A stretch of 64,000 bases of DNA from Tubiluchus corallicola. Lineage: Eukaryota; Animalia; Priapulida. The notes below the pieces were generated by a model. The model saw nothing but the letters and a program-made list of their open reading frames with translations, ran no database searches and was not told the origin of the DNA. The stretch is from the NCBI GenBank assembly GCA_030141605.1, contig JAQGDQ010002379.1, forward strand, positions 124,001-188,000. The letters run 5' to 3'. Position numbers and translations under genes: made by a program. Below are positions 46,628-58,173 of the stretch, piece by piece (position 1 is the stretch's first letter; every line of letters begins with the position of its first letter).

Positions 46628-47606
46628 AGGGAAGAAAAGGCAATGTTAAATTATATCTCAAAAGACTTTCCGTGCAAATCTATATTACTTAGATTTTCGC
46701 TTACCTGCTAGAGAGATTTATGTAACTAGAAAAGAAAATTATTAATTATTTAAAATGTTTTCACCAATTGGTAAAATGTAGCTGACTCACCCTACAGGGT
46801 GCACCACTCACTAACAAAAAAACGTATTTTTAATCTTATTGACAAGACATAGTAATTTTAAATTTTATTTAGTTAGTGACTTGCGCGCTACGAATGCTCT
46901 GATTATTTTTTCAAACTTTACAAAATGTTATCTAAACTTGTTTCAAATGACCTGTCGTGAAAATGGCTGCGTCTAACGGTCATCGCGGGAGTTTAAATTT
47001 ACAGGTTTTATACAGCGTGACTGCCGATTGAAGTCCTGCATGCAAAAAGGCAGCATGTAAGCGAAACAAAATTTCAAAACGAATTTTTCAAGCTTTATGT
47101 TTATGAAGGGTTCTCTTGTGCTTTAAGCACCACACCGCTTGATTAAGTTCTTTCGGTAGACAATGTTTTGCAGCCTATACTGCCTTATTGCACACAGATG
47201 TTATATTAGCAATAATACTGTATAAAACATGTAAATTTAAACTCCCGCGATGACTGTTAGGCGCAGCCATTTTGACGGTAGATTGTTTGAAACAACTTTA
47301 GGTGACATTGTGTGAAGTTTGAAAAAACCATCAGAGAATTCGCAGCGCACTCTTCTGTTACTAAACAAAAGACTTAATTACTTTACATTACCAATAAAAT
47401 TAAAAATACGTTTTTGATAACTTAGTGGTGCATACTGGGCTGGTGAAACACTGACGATTTACCAGTTGGAGCAAACATTTTAAATTGCTAAAAAATTTCT
47501 TTTCTAGTTACATAAGTCCCTCAAGCAGGTAAGCGTATAGCTAAGTAATATAAGTTTGTGTGGAAAGTTTTTGTGAACATTCTTTAAAAATGTTTTTTCT
47601 TCCCCT
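46628..47606. repeat. Long imperfect inverted repeat (arms about 46628-47003 and 47230-47606); a third copy lies at about 51459-51810
   Basis: CATCGCGGGAGTTTAAATTTACA pairs with TGTAAATTTAAACTCCCGCGATG, and CGCTTACCTGCT...ATGTAACTAGAAAAGAAA pairs with TTTCTTTTCTAGTTACAT...AGCAGGTAAGCG. Confidence 0.8.
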
Positions 47607-48202
47607 TCAACATTTTTTGCTGTTTCAAGGAAATCAATGTGCACCACACGCTTAGCACACATGGAACTAATGGAAGGAATTCAGCCAAACGAGTCAAGAA
47701 CCAAACTTAGAGTCCTGGTTGCACCATTTGAAAACTAGGGCAGAGGCGGGCCAAACTGCTGGTGAAATTGAGGAAGCGCTTTTACATCTCCCTGGATATT
47801 CTGACATTTGGCACCGCTTCACTTAAACTTTCATAAATACTTTTTAAGAAAAAGCTTTCTTCCGATTAAAATTTTTCGTCTATAAATGGTAGTACTAAAC
47901 TAGTCATCTAGATAATTTAGTAAAAAAAGCAAGCGAAGGCAATTAGCTGATCGAGCGCCCGAAGTTAAGCAACAGCTGATCCTGAGCAGTAAATGAATGG
48001 ATAATCAATATGAAAATTGGTTCTGCGGCTTCTTCTGCTATATTTCCCCGGCTCTTTTCCCTGCTGAAGAGAGGTACAATCGCGTCCATCTTAGAGGGCT
48101 GTCTTCGATAATAAGCAAGATCCCGTCCAGTCACAACAATTTATAATAATCATTTGAACGCACGAAAGAATATTATATTAAAAAGTGTGAAAAATTTCAA
48201 AC

Positions 48203-48272
48203 CACCGCTAGGACTCGAACCTAGGACTTATGCTGTCCAGGCAGCTATACTAGCCGCTACACCACAAAGGCA
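48203..48272 (-). mobile_element. tRNA-derived SINE-like head or tRNA pseudogene (similar remnants near 22378, 26936, 42545, 48395 and 57820)
   Basis: The minus strand has an A-box-like TGGTGTAGCGG and a B-box GGTTCGAGTCC, but no intact cloverleaf. Confidence 0.45.
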
Positions 48273-49033
48273 CTTGACCTACTTGACGGCACGTATGCTA
48301 CTAGTTGTATATGAATGAGGAATTAAAGTCTACATTGTACCACATAGTACAAGATCAATTCTATGAACGCCCGAAAGCTGGTATAAATTATCCCTTCATC
48401 GGGATTCGAACTCATAACCTACAATCCGGGTTGCTAACCATTACGCCACAGAGAGATTTTTCAGAATAAAAAAAATACACTGGACGATGAAAAAGGTAAC
48501 TAGCAGGTTGACCTAATTAGCAAACGCCAAAAGACAAGATATTAGACAGGTTTCCATCATTTGTAAAAAATGTGGCACATGTTTTTCCTTCCATACAGGT
48601 GCTGCCAATGAAATTAGTATTCATCAGTTTGTTAGATTTGAGTGCACGCATGCGCAAGTCAACTCAAAAATAAATGTAAAGACAAGCATAATAATTAGTA
48701 AGTTACGGAGGTAACCTTAGTCATCAGAATACCGACCAACCAAAAGCTGTACTGCCTGTAGATTTTTGCATCAGTAGATTTAGTATAATAAATGCATATT
48801 ATGTTAAAAGTAATTTTTAATTTTTTTGTGCGTATGCGTTGAGAAGTTATATTTTGTAATTGAATTTTAATTTTACCTATGTAAATTTTATGTCTTTTAT
48901 TCACAATTTAAAAAATTAACTCTTGTAATAGTAGTTTAACACTATTGCCTACAACAGGCATTGAGTGGTTACACATATAGTATTTTCACGTATTTTATCA
49001 CACCTGTAAATGTGTAGAACTTATGCAATAAAG

Positions 49034-49083
<50 letters not shown>

Positions 49084-49175
49084 CACTGCTGTGATGGCAG
49101 TGCTAATCGTGCAAAGTTAACAGCGCAGTTCACAGCGGGTATTGCTCTCCTCAATTTTTCCCTAGTTCTTATGCA

Positions 49176-51069
49176 TTAAATAACAGCATATTTTAAGACT
49201 AACAATACCTGAGTGCTATTGGTTAATCTGCCATTGTAGTATTTAGTGTTCCTGTCGTGTGGATATCGCAATTCGCCGCAGCAGCTCCTGCTTTTCAGGA
49301 CAGCAATGAAACCCAACCGGAACTTCCGGTTCAGAAATCCGTACAGGACCGGATCAATCCCACTATTCGACGTGGATATCCATTGGCATATGGGTATGAG
49401 CAGTGCCAGCTGCGCATTGTTATCGGAGACAACTCCAAAATAAACAAACGCAAACGTCAAGTACAGTGGCAGCCAACTGAAGGCGAACACCATCACAACG
49501 ACTAGGACCATTTTTGCAAGTTTGAGCTTCTGTTTTCGAACCAGCGTTTCCAAGTCACGTGTTTCACCAATCACGGGACGTCGTAAGACGTGCAGAAATA
49601 TCAAGAAATAGCAAACACTTATGACAGCTAAGGGAACAATGTAGCACTGCAAAGCTACAACGCACAAGAAGTACCATTTTGCTGCAGCGGGATCGTGCCA
49701 TCCGAATTCGCCACAAACTGACAGTAATTGACCCTTGAATATTATATCTACGGCATCGTAATACAGCAACCAAGGAATGAAGGTCAGGCAGGAATATATC
49801 CATATAACAGCAATGAATCGTCCCGCTGCCTTCGTCGTCATCTCATACTTCATCGGATAAACAATAGAAATGTATCTGGAAATATAAATCTCATTATTTT
49901 TGCAATACAATAATTGCCAACAGGTGTCTCTAGTGAGAAATCCTTTTCAAGACCAGGGCCGGATTTTAATTTTGTAGGCCCCTGGGTTACAGATACATGA
50001 GGCTCCGGCCCCAGTGACAATTAAAAAAAGCGTGAATGTTGGATTCTTCAAATCAGCTTATTCAAATTCTACAAAATAATGCCAACATTAGGCCCACGTA
50101 GATGGGTGAAAGTTTAACACAACAAAAAGAGAAGAAATATTCTGATATTTACAAAATTAAAACATGGAATACATACGAATTACAATAAATTGTAATTTTG
50201 TCACAGGAGGTGACCTCAATTCCTCTAAAATTGTGTCATTGTAATCAGATTGCTAGTGTATTTGGCAGTATCAATGAGTTCAAATAATGAACAAGAAAAC
50301 AATTTCAGTGTATTATTACACAGTATATTAATGCATTCTCTAGCAACTTTTCACAGTAATTTACTTTCACTTAATTTCTGGAGGCCCCTCAACTGGCAAA
50401 GGCCCCTGGGCTGCAGCCCATAAAGCCCATGCTCTAGTAACTTTTCACAGTAATTTACTTTCAGAATCTCTGGAGGCCCCTCAACTGGCAAAGGCCCCTG
50501 GGATGCAGCCCATAAAGCCCATGCTCTAGTAACTTTTCACAGTAATTTACTTTCACTTAATTTCTGAAGGCCCCTCAGCTGGCGAAGGCCGCTGGGCTGC
50601 AGCCCATCTGGTACTGTTAAAGACAATTAATGAGTTTTGAGAACTCAGCTGATTCACGGCTGTTTCAACTAGAAAATGCTCACTAAGCAGCATTAGGTTT
50701 TATACTGTACTGTGTTATACTAGCTTTAAAAATCTTTGCATGTTTGTTAGAGATTTCGTCGTCTTTAATATAACATCAATAATTGATTCATTAAACCACC
50801 ATGCATCGTCTCCCAAAAGACAGTCACCAAACTAATTTTCTTACTTATTTAATCGTTGGTAAAGAGCAAACATGACTGACTTATTCCTTATTCATTATAT
50901 TAAACACTTACTGATTAATAAGACCAGATTTCAAAAGCAAGCCTCCCTTGCTCGTGTGTATTTGCTTACCTCTCTACAGATATGGTAGCCAGTGTGTTCA
51001 CGGAAGAGGAAACGGAAACAGCTTGAAGCCAGACAACTGTTTTGCACGCCCCATCCGAGAACGGATAAC
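49176..51069 (-). CDS. Rhodopsin-class neuropeptide GPCR, SIFamide/NPFF receptor-like, distal TM3-TM7 cassette; exons 51069-50970 and 49875-49176 (or donor at 49209 to a short last exon 48755-48717)
   Basis: YPFSDGACKTVVWLQAVSVSSSVNTLATISVER|YISIVYPMK..., TM6 FAFSWLPLY, TM7 QWISTSNSGIDPVLY and the tail KFRLGFIAVLKSRSCCGELRY, which resembles the SIFamide receptor tail as I recall it. No TM1-2 exon found. Confidence 0.88.
49953..50612. mobile_element. MITE-like element (CAGGGCCGGATT end) in the GPCR intron, with three tandem copies of a 90-95 bp unit at 50340-50610
   Basis: The unit ...TTTTCACAGTAATTTACTTTCA...GGAGGCCCCTCAACTGGCAAAGGCCCCTGGG...GCAGCCCAT occurs three times. A related terminus CAGGACCGGATT lies near 43691. 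Confidence 0.5.
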
Positions 51070-51458
51070 CTTTAAAAGAAAGCTTGTGCTAGCAAACTAG
51101 AGTTTAGATCTATTACTGTATTAGTAAGGTACTAATTATATCTTTTATTTATCATTACTAATTGTTTTGTCTGTATTCAGGTTTTGTGGTTTTCTGCCGA
51201 GGAAAGCGCCAGTGATGCAAAGACGACAGATATATTTTATTCAAATTTGAAAGTAGCTAATGCAAGAAAACACTTTTCATAACAAAAGTTTAAAAAATCG
51301 TCTTGAAATTTTATATCACTTACATGCTGATTGTAAATTAAAGTACAAGAGAACACTCTTCATAAATAAAGCTTAAACATCGTCTTGAAAGGTCATATTG
51401 CTTACATACTGTCTTATTGCATACAGGGCTTACGTTAACAGTAGCGCTGTATAGAGCT

Positions 51459-51810
51459 CGTAAATTTAAACTCCCGCGTTAGGCGCAGTCATTGTAATGT
51501 CAGTCGTTTGAAACAAATTTAGATAACATCGCATAAAGTTCGAAAAAATAATCAGAGCATTTGTAACACGCTCCTCGCTAACTAAGCAAAAGTATAAATT
51601 GCTTTACATTATCAATAAGATTAAAAATACGTTTTTGGTGAATCAGTGGTGCACGCTGGGATGGTGATGCAGTGCCATTCCACTAGTTGTCGCGAGCATT
51701 TAAAATTATTAAGAAATTTCTTGTCTAGTTACATTTGTTTTTCAAACAGATAAGAATGATGCATACAGAAGTAATGTAACTTCATATCATGGAAAGTTCC
51801 TAGAGACATA
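51459..51810. repeat. Third copy of the 46.6-47.6 kb repeat arm, same orientation as 47230-47606
   Basis: GTAAATTTAAACTCCCGCG...TTTGAAACAA...ATCAGAG...TTAAAAATACGTTTTTG...GTGGTGCA...CTAGTTACAT. Confidence 0.75.
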
Positions 51811-52599
51811 CTGTACTTTAAAAACCGTTTTGATTCTCGTTAAAAAATTTATTATGAGGTTTTCGGTGACCGCATTGGTAATTTTATTTCATGATATGAT
51901 ATGATGTGATTAACATGGTAATGTTATAGCAAAGAATGTTTTTTACTATAATGTTTACGAACTGTATTCTGTACAATAATAATTTGCTAATAAAACACGC
52001 TTCATTTCGTCAGTCACAAAACAGTTCAGGTCGTGGCATCATCCTGAATTCTGTTTGTCAGCTAAATCGATCTAGATTCGCCCTGCGTTATGACTTTCAC
52101 TTAACGCTACACAAATAATTTACATATTTCATTATTGTTGTGACTAACCGACTGACTCAATACTATCTGAGGTTAATACAGCGCCCTTTTCGCCTAGAAA
52201 TATACTGTTTTTTATTTTGTATTAATTTGCATTTAATAATGGATAAAGTTACGATGATTTTATGCATGAGATGAGTTTTCTTACTGCAGTTACAAATGTT
52301 TGCGGCCTAAAATGTTTCACTGTTTACCTGTGTTTGTCCTGCACCTCCTATTAACACCGTGTATTATTTGAAATTAATTAAGATTGAACAAAAGATGGCG
52401 CTTCTATCAAAGAATTGAAACTTGAGTAGTTTTGTTACGTTAACGCCAGTGACGCACTACAAGTCCTTTTTTGTAACTTTTGTCAGCAAACAATGATGAA
52501 TTAAGAAAGAATAAATGGCTTCCCATTCTTTGGGGCAAAAATCTTGTGCATATGTCATAGATAAGAAAAAAATTAAATGTTCAAGCAGAAAGTCAGTCT

Positions 52600-53030
52600 G
52601 TGTCACCAGAAAATCATCGACTCTGCCAATCGGTTAGTAGATCAGCTAACCATCTACTTTTCAACCTGGTAATCGATGAACTGATCTCGAAAGTCGGTTC
52701 TCGATTTGGCTATGGGATCGACGAATACCAAGTGGCTATAGTTGGTTTTACCGATGACCTAGTCCTAATCTCAGCCTCGAAACATGGCATGGGAGTTTTG
52801 TTGGAGACAGCCAATGGCTTCTTCACGAAACGAGGTATGACACTGAACGCCAACAAGTGCAAAGCCATGAAGCTAGTCAAGGCATACCAGCGAAAGGCTA
52901 TGAAAGTGTTAATAGAGCACACATGGAAGATCTGCCAGACTCCTATTCCAATGCTGGGAGTCAGTGATACGTATAAATACCTGAGAATCCCCATGACTGC
53001 CAACCTGTCTAGTCAACCAGCTGAGCAAAT
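52600..53030 (+). mobile_element. Reverse transcriptase fragment (R2/NeSL-like non-LTR element)
   Basis: LLFNLVIDEL...VGFTDDLVL...GMTLNANKC...YKYL RT motifs. Truncated on both sides. Confidence 0.75.
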
Positions 53031-54910
53031 TTATTTATCAGAGAGTCCAAAGATATACCATTTGTGCTGGTGCAGCATGTAACCACTAGCGTGTGTAAAA
53101 TTTAGAAAATCACGCTTAACTTCTGAGAAAACAAAACAATAATAACAGATATGAGATTAATACTGTTTCACTTTTATATTTCACAAATATGAACTTTCAC
53201 TTCATAAACAATGACGTCAGGATTCGCCAGTTAAAATAATCCAATCCAGAAAAATGTGACACATTAATGATAAAACAGTATAGATCTTAAATGTACCACA
53301 AAAATACTGGTACTTATGTAAGTGATTTCTAGTGATGTTGACTTTTCAGCAGTATCAGTCCTGCGTGACTTATAAATGAACAGTCAATCGCAAGGTACAA
53401 TTATACGAGCTGTCATAGAAGAAATAAACTGGGGAAATAAACCTGTTAAGCAGTAACTATGACATCAGCTACCGTTCTGTCGGTTTCTCCAATCATTGGC
53501 ACCTAGTAAGAAAACTACGTCTCTAGGAATGGCAACTTAACTTTATGATGCGTCCTTAAATGTCAATACCTTATTTTAAACTAAGTGTAAAGAAAGTGTA
53601 TCAAAAAATGATGACACTATTTGCAGCAAGATAGAAAACCAAAAATGGCAGACGGTAATAACTTTATAATTTTATAACTTTATAACCTAATTTTATAATA
53701 TCAGCAGTCAATTGACCAAGATACTCATAATGACGAAAGTTTAGTTCATACTTGATTTAATACTTTTTGCAAGCTATATTATTACTGTCTTGTGTAGGAT
53801 CTAACTACAATGATACAGAGCCATGTAGTAATGGTTTTTAATTCATTTGTTGCCAATTCCAAAACCAAGTACAACATCCGGACAAACTGCAGAGCTGATT
53901 CAGTCAAAAGAAGCTGGAAAGTATTGCAACTTTAGAATAGAGAATGCACATGAAATATTTCTTACTATCTCATGGTCACATCCCGTAGAGCAGACTAAAA
54001 ATTATATCGTTAAGCATAATCAATGAAAAACAGTGACAACATATGATACCACTAACATCAACATAGACCTAAATCAGACAGTGAGGGCAACTCAAAAAAT
54101 ACACTGGTCTTGAAAATATAATTTTTCAGATTGCTTCAAACTCCATTGTGATTTATATCTTCCCTGATACCTGATAACTTAATAACAACATTCAAATATT
54201 GCACAAAGGTAACATCACATTATATTAGATAGTGTAATATAACAGGCAGCTACAACATCGTAAAGATTGCTCATACTGCCAAGTGTTAACTAAACAGGCT
54301 ACTAAACAAGCCTGCTCAATCCATCAGTTCATTTATTACAAGTACACTTCTATATTCCATACTCATTACACTAATGTGTACAATCATTTTCATTGTCAAC
54401 TAACTTCAACCTAGGCAAGATCAGAAGACAATATTTGGTCACATGCTTGTCGCTACAAAATTTTCCAATCGTGAAGACAATAGCACAAGTTTCATTTGCT
54501 TTAAAATTGGTGCAATAACATCTTTGAACTTGTGAATGTAATATAGCGTGTTTTATACAAATAGTCTGTGATTCACTTCATGACCAAGAGACCATCACAA
54601 AATTCGGCTCACATTCCAGTATCTGCAAATAGGATTATGACAAGTACACTATTTGGGAATAATTTAACAGATGTATTGGTAATCTTGGAAACTAGTCACC
54701 ATTCGAGTTACAAAGCGAACACATCACACTTAGCCCGCACATTGTGCAGAAAAACGTTCTCTTGTAAATTTCTCTTCTGTTATTGTTGCTGGTAACAAAA
54801 AAGCAGCTCCGTCACATGTAAGAAAAGTACCAAGTAGACGCCATCATGCACAACCATCAATGACACTAGCGACATGTGGAGCTGCTTTCAGAAACTCCTC
54901 TTCATTTTCT

Positions 54911-56040
54911 TCACACATCGTCTTTCAAAGTCGCCATACAGTAATCTACATGGGTCTGTTCAGAAACGATCCTCTGACTATTTACTGCAGATGTGGTATA
55001 GTGTCCTATCCTGTCTCCAGGATACTTCAGCTTCTTACAACAAGACCCACTCATCACTATGGCTTTGAACCCTTGCCTGTATTTTCGGTTTAAGTAGGCA
55101 TAGATGCACGGATTAATACAACTATTTGCAGTGGAAACCCACTGAAGGACGGGAACAGCGTGATTGACGTAACTTAGTGCCACGTCATCAAAACTGTTGA
55201 AGTAATAGCCGATGAAGATGGCGTACAAAGGTAGCCAAGAAATGGCGAAAATCAAGACTACCACCAGAAGCATTTTGATGACTTGGATCCGTTGGCGACG
55301 GACAATATTCTCATACTCTCGAGCATCGCCGATTAAATCTCTTTTCCACACAGCCAAGAAAATGTTCATGTAACAAAAACTGATTGTTAAAAGTGGGGCA
55401 ACATAGCAGAGGATGAAGACATTGAACAACAAATTCCACTTCATCGCGTGTTCGTACCCGTTCGGCCATTGTTCCATGCAGTAGCGTATGATTACTTGGC
55501 GATCTGCTGACGGATTATCAGTTATTTGGAAAAAAGCAAACCATGGAATAAAAAACGCCCCGGCGCAAATCCAGATGGCAGCACAAGCTTTTCTAGCTGT
55601 CCTCAATGTCATCTGAAATTTCATTGGGTGGCAAATGGCAAAGTATCTGGAAAAATAACAATAAAGACAAAGTTATATGAAACTTGTTGGCTGATTGGAG
55701 TTGAACATATGTCAGATATAGCGGGGTTTTAACAAAACGGAGACAGGCTAGGAAATAGATAGAAGGTAACTACAGTTAGCAAACACTGACTAAACTGAAA
55801 AAGTTAACAAAAAATGTCTGACCATTAAGTTGGATGTTGCTGATGACTTCATTCAATAAAACTATTTTCAATCCTGTAAGACGGCAACTTACTTTGCAAG
55901 ACTACATTTACAAATGTCAGTGCCACTTTTGCAGGCTTACCTATCAAGAGAAATTGCCACCAAAGTATACACAGATGTCGCCACCGACAAACCCTGAAGC
56001 CATGACACCAACTTGCATGGTATCATGCCGAACTGATAAC
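54911..56040 (-). CDS. Rhodopsin-class neuropeptide GPCR, SIFamide/NPFF receptor-like, proximal TM3-TM7 cassette; exons 56040-55941 and 55646-54911
   Basis: YQFGMIPCKLVSWLQGLSVATSVYTLVAISLDR|YFAICHPMKFQMT..., VIKMLLVVVLIFAISWLPLY, QWVSTANSCINPCIY, KYRQGFKAIVMSGSCCKKLKY. 5' exon(s) not seen in the window. Confidence 0.9.
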
Positions 56041-57979
56041 CTATAATACAAAACACTCATGTTATAATAATAAACTAACAAAAATATCATTATGCATAAA
56101 ACGATTATGCATAATTATACATAAATTATAACACTACATCAGCATAATTAATGTTAAACAATGCTAAACAATGTTAAACCCACAATAATTAATTAGCTAT
56201 TGTCGTTGCTTATAGTTTTTGATCACATCAGTCAGTTAGGCACCTTCACAATAATTAATGTGTTTTAAAAAAATGTAAAACAAAAAGCAATTGTCACAAT
56301 GCGATGTAATGTAAAATTTATTTTAGTCGTAATTATAAGCACTGGGCAACTACATTACGACTGTAACAGTCAGTTACACAATAATAAGGCTTTCACAGTT
56401 TCGTTGTGCGCACGCGCAGTTGTTGTAGGTCGTAGGTTAAGTGTACCACAGCAACCCGTCGTATCTACAATCGTCACGTGACATGTGGGTAAAGTAAAGC
56501 CCAGTTCAGTAACGTCAGTGTTTTCGTGGACTTCACTTAACTGTGCAATAGTCTGTGCGGGATCTTGTTTGGGAACAAGAGAAAATGAATTAGAATTAAT
56601 TACTAATCCAATAGCATGGACTGCGAGGTGTGGTCAAGTGAACACAAATGCGTTGTCTGGTACATTTAACCTTTGACCTTTCCACGATCATCATCAATCG
56701 CTGGAACTGCGAAAAGGCTTATTAACTGACTGTACAAGCTACTGCTATTACTATAGCTAATGCTGCTATAACTGCTACATTACCATTGCTATATAATAAA
56801 CTAATTATATTAATTAATTAGCATAATTTAATTATTAGCAGTTTTCTGTATTAGTAATTATACCAATTAATCAGACCAACACTAGCAGTTAATTATCAGT
56901 ATTATAATAATTCTCAATTGTTAAAACCTAATAACACTTATTATTATTATAAGGCATAATAATTCCGTTTTGTGCAATACAACACACAATTTAACAATTG
57001 CAGACTTATCATCATCAAGTTTACAAAAATCATGGCATGTAAATTCCCTGCTCACAAATAAAAAATTAAACACAGTTAATCATGCTTTTGTGTTTAAATT
57101 AATTGTATTTGCGGGCGCTTAGAACTGCAAGAATGTGTTGGTGACATGCAGTCCACTGCACCTACATGCAGTTTACATGCAGACACGTGACATGCATGCG
57201 ATAGTTGTTCTGAAACGCATAATAATTAATATGACGTTGAACGTTGGAGGTCTGTTTAATTTCTCGCAGCTTCAAAATGAAGCCATTAATTAGGTCGTCA
57301 TTGCAGCACGATAAGTGCTCGGTTCAGCTAGAGATAATGACTTATCTTCATTATGTTAGTACGATGTGACGAAAATTACGTGTTTATTAAGCGAAAAACC
57401 ATCACGCATACCGTAGATGTCAAAACCAGAAGTGCCCATTCTGAGAAAAGTAGGAAAAAATTATGGCAAATAATCATTTGCGGATGTCGTAGTAGCCAGT
57501 TAGTAAATGAATCAGCTACACATAGTGATGATAACTGTTTATTTGGTATAATACAAAATGTAAAGGCATAACAACTCTTTTTGCAGTAGAACTTGAGTAA
57601 ACACTTTTGTATCCAACTTATACCTGATGTAAAAACTATACAACTGATTATGTTATAAAGTCACAATGATTGTATGTTAATGCATGCCCAGTTGGTTAAT
57701 GGAATAAGTAGCATAAATATGAACAATTCTGACAATTTCTCAGTCAAAAAAGCTTTTGTCGTTTTAACTTTAACACTCATAGCTAGTTTATTGGACAACA
57801 AGCGTATTTTCTGTTGGGAGGTTGCGGGTTCGATACTACGGTGGGGTAATACAAACACTTTTTACGTGGCACCTGCCTGGGTGGATTAACGATTCTGTAA
57901 TGTAGCTGTAGTTGTTATTTACAGCCGCTGATAAACGCCTAGTGTTGTCTATTGAGTTTAAAACCATCTTTAAATAAAG

Positions 57980-58062
<83 letters not shown>

Positions 58063-58099
58063 TATTACTATTATTATTACTATTATTATTATTATTATA

Positions 58100-58172
<73 letters not shown>
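57980..58172. repeat. (TTA)n microsatellite
   Basis: Direct reading. Confidence 0.95.

Positions 58173-58173
<1 letters not shown>

Noticed and set aside
57952-58173. Poly-Tyr ORF
   Set aside because: It is a translation of the (TTA)n microsatellite.
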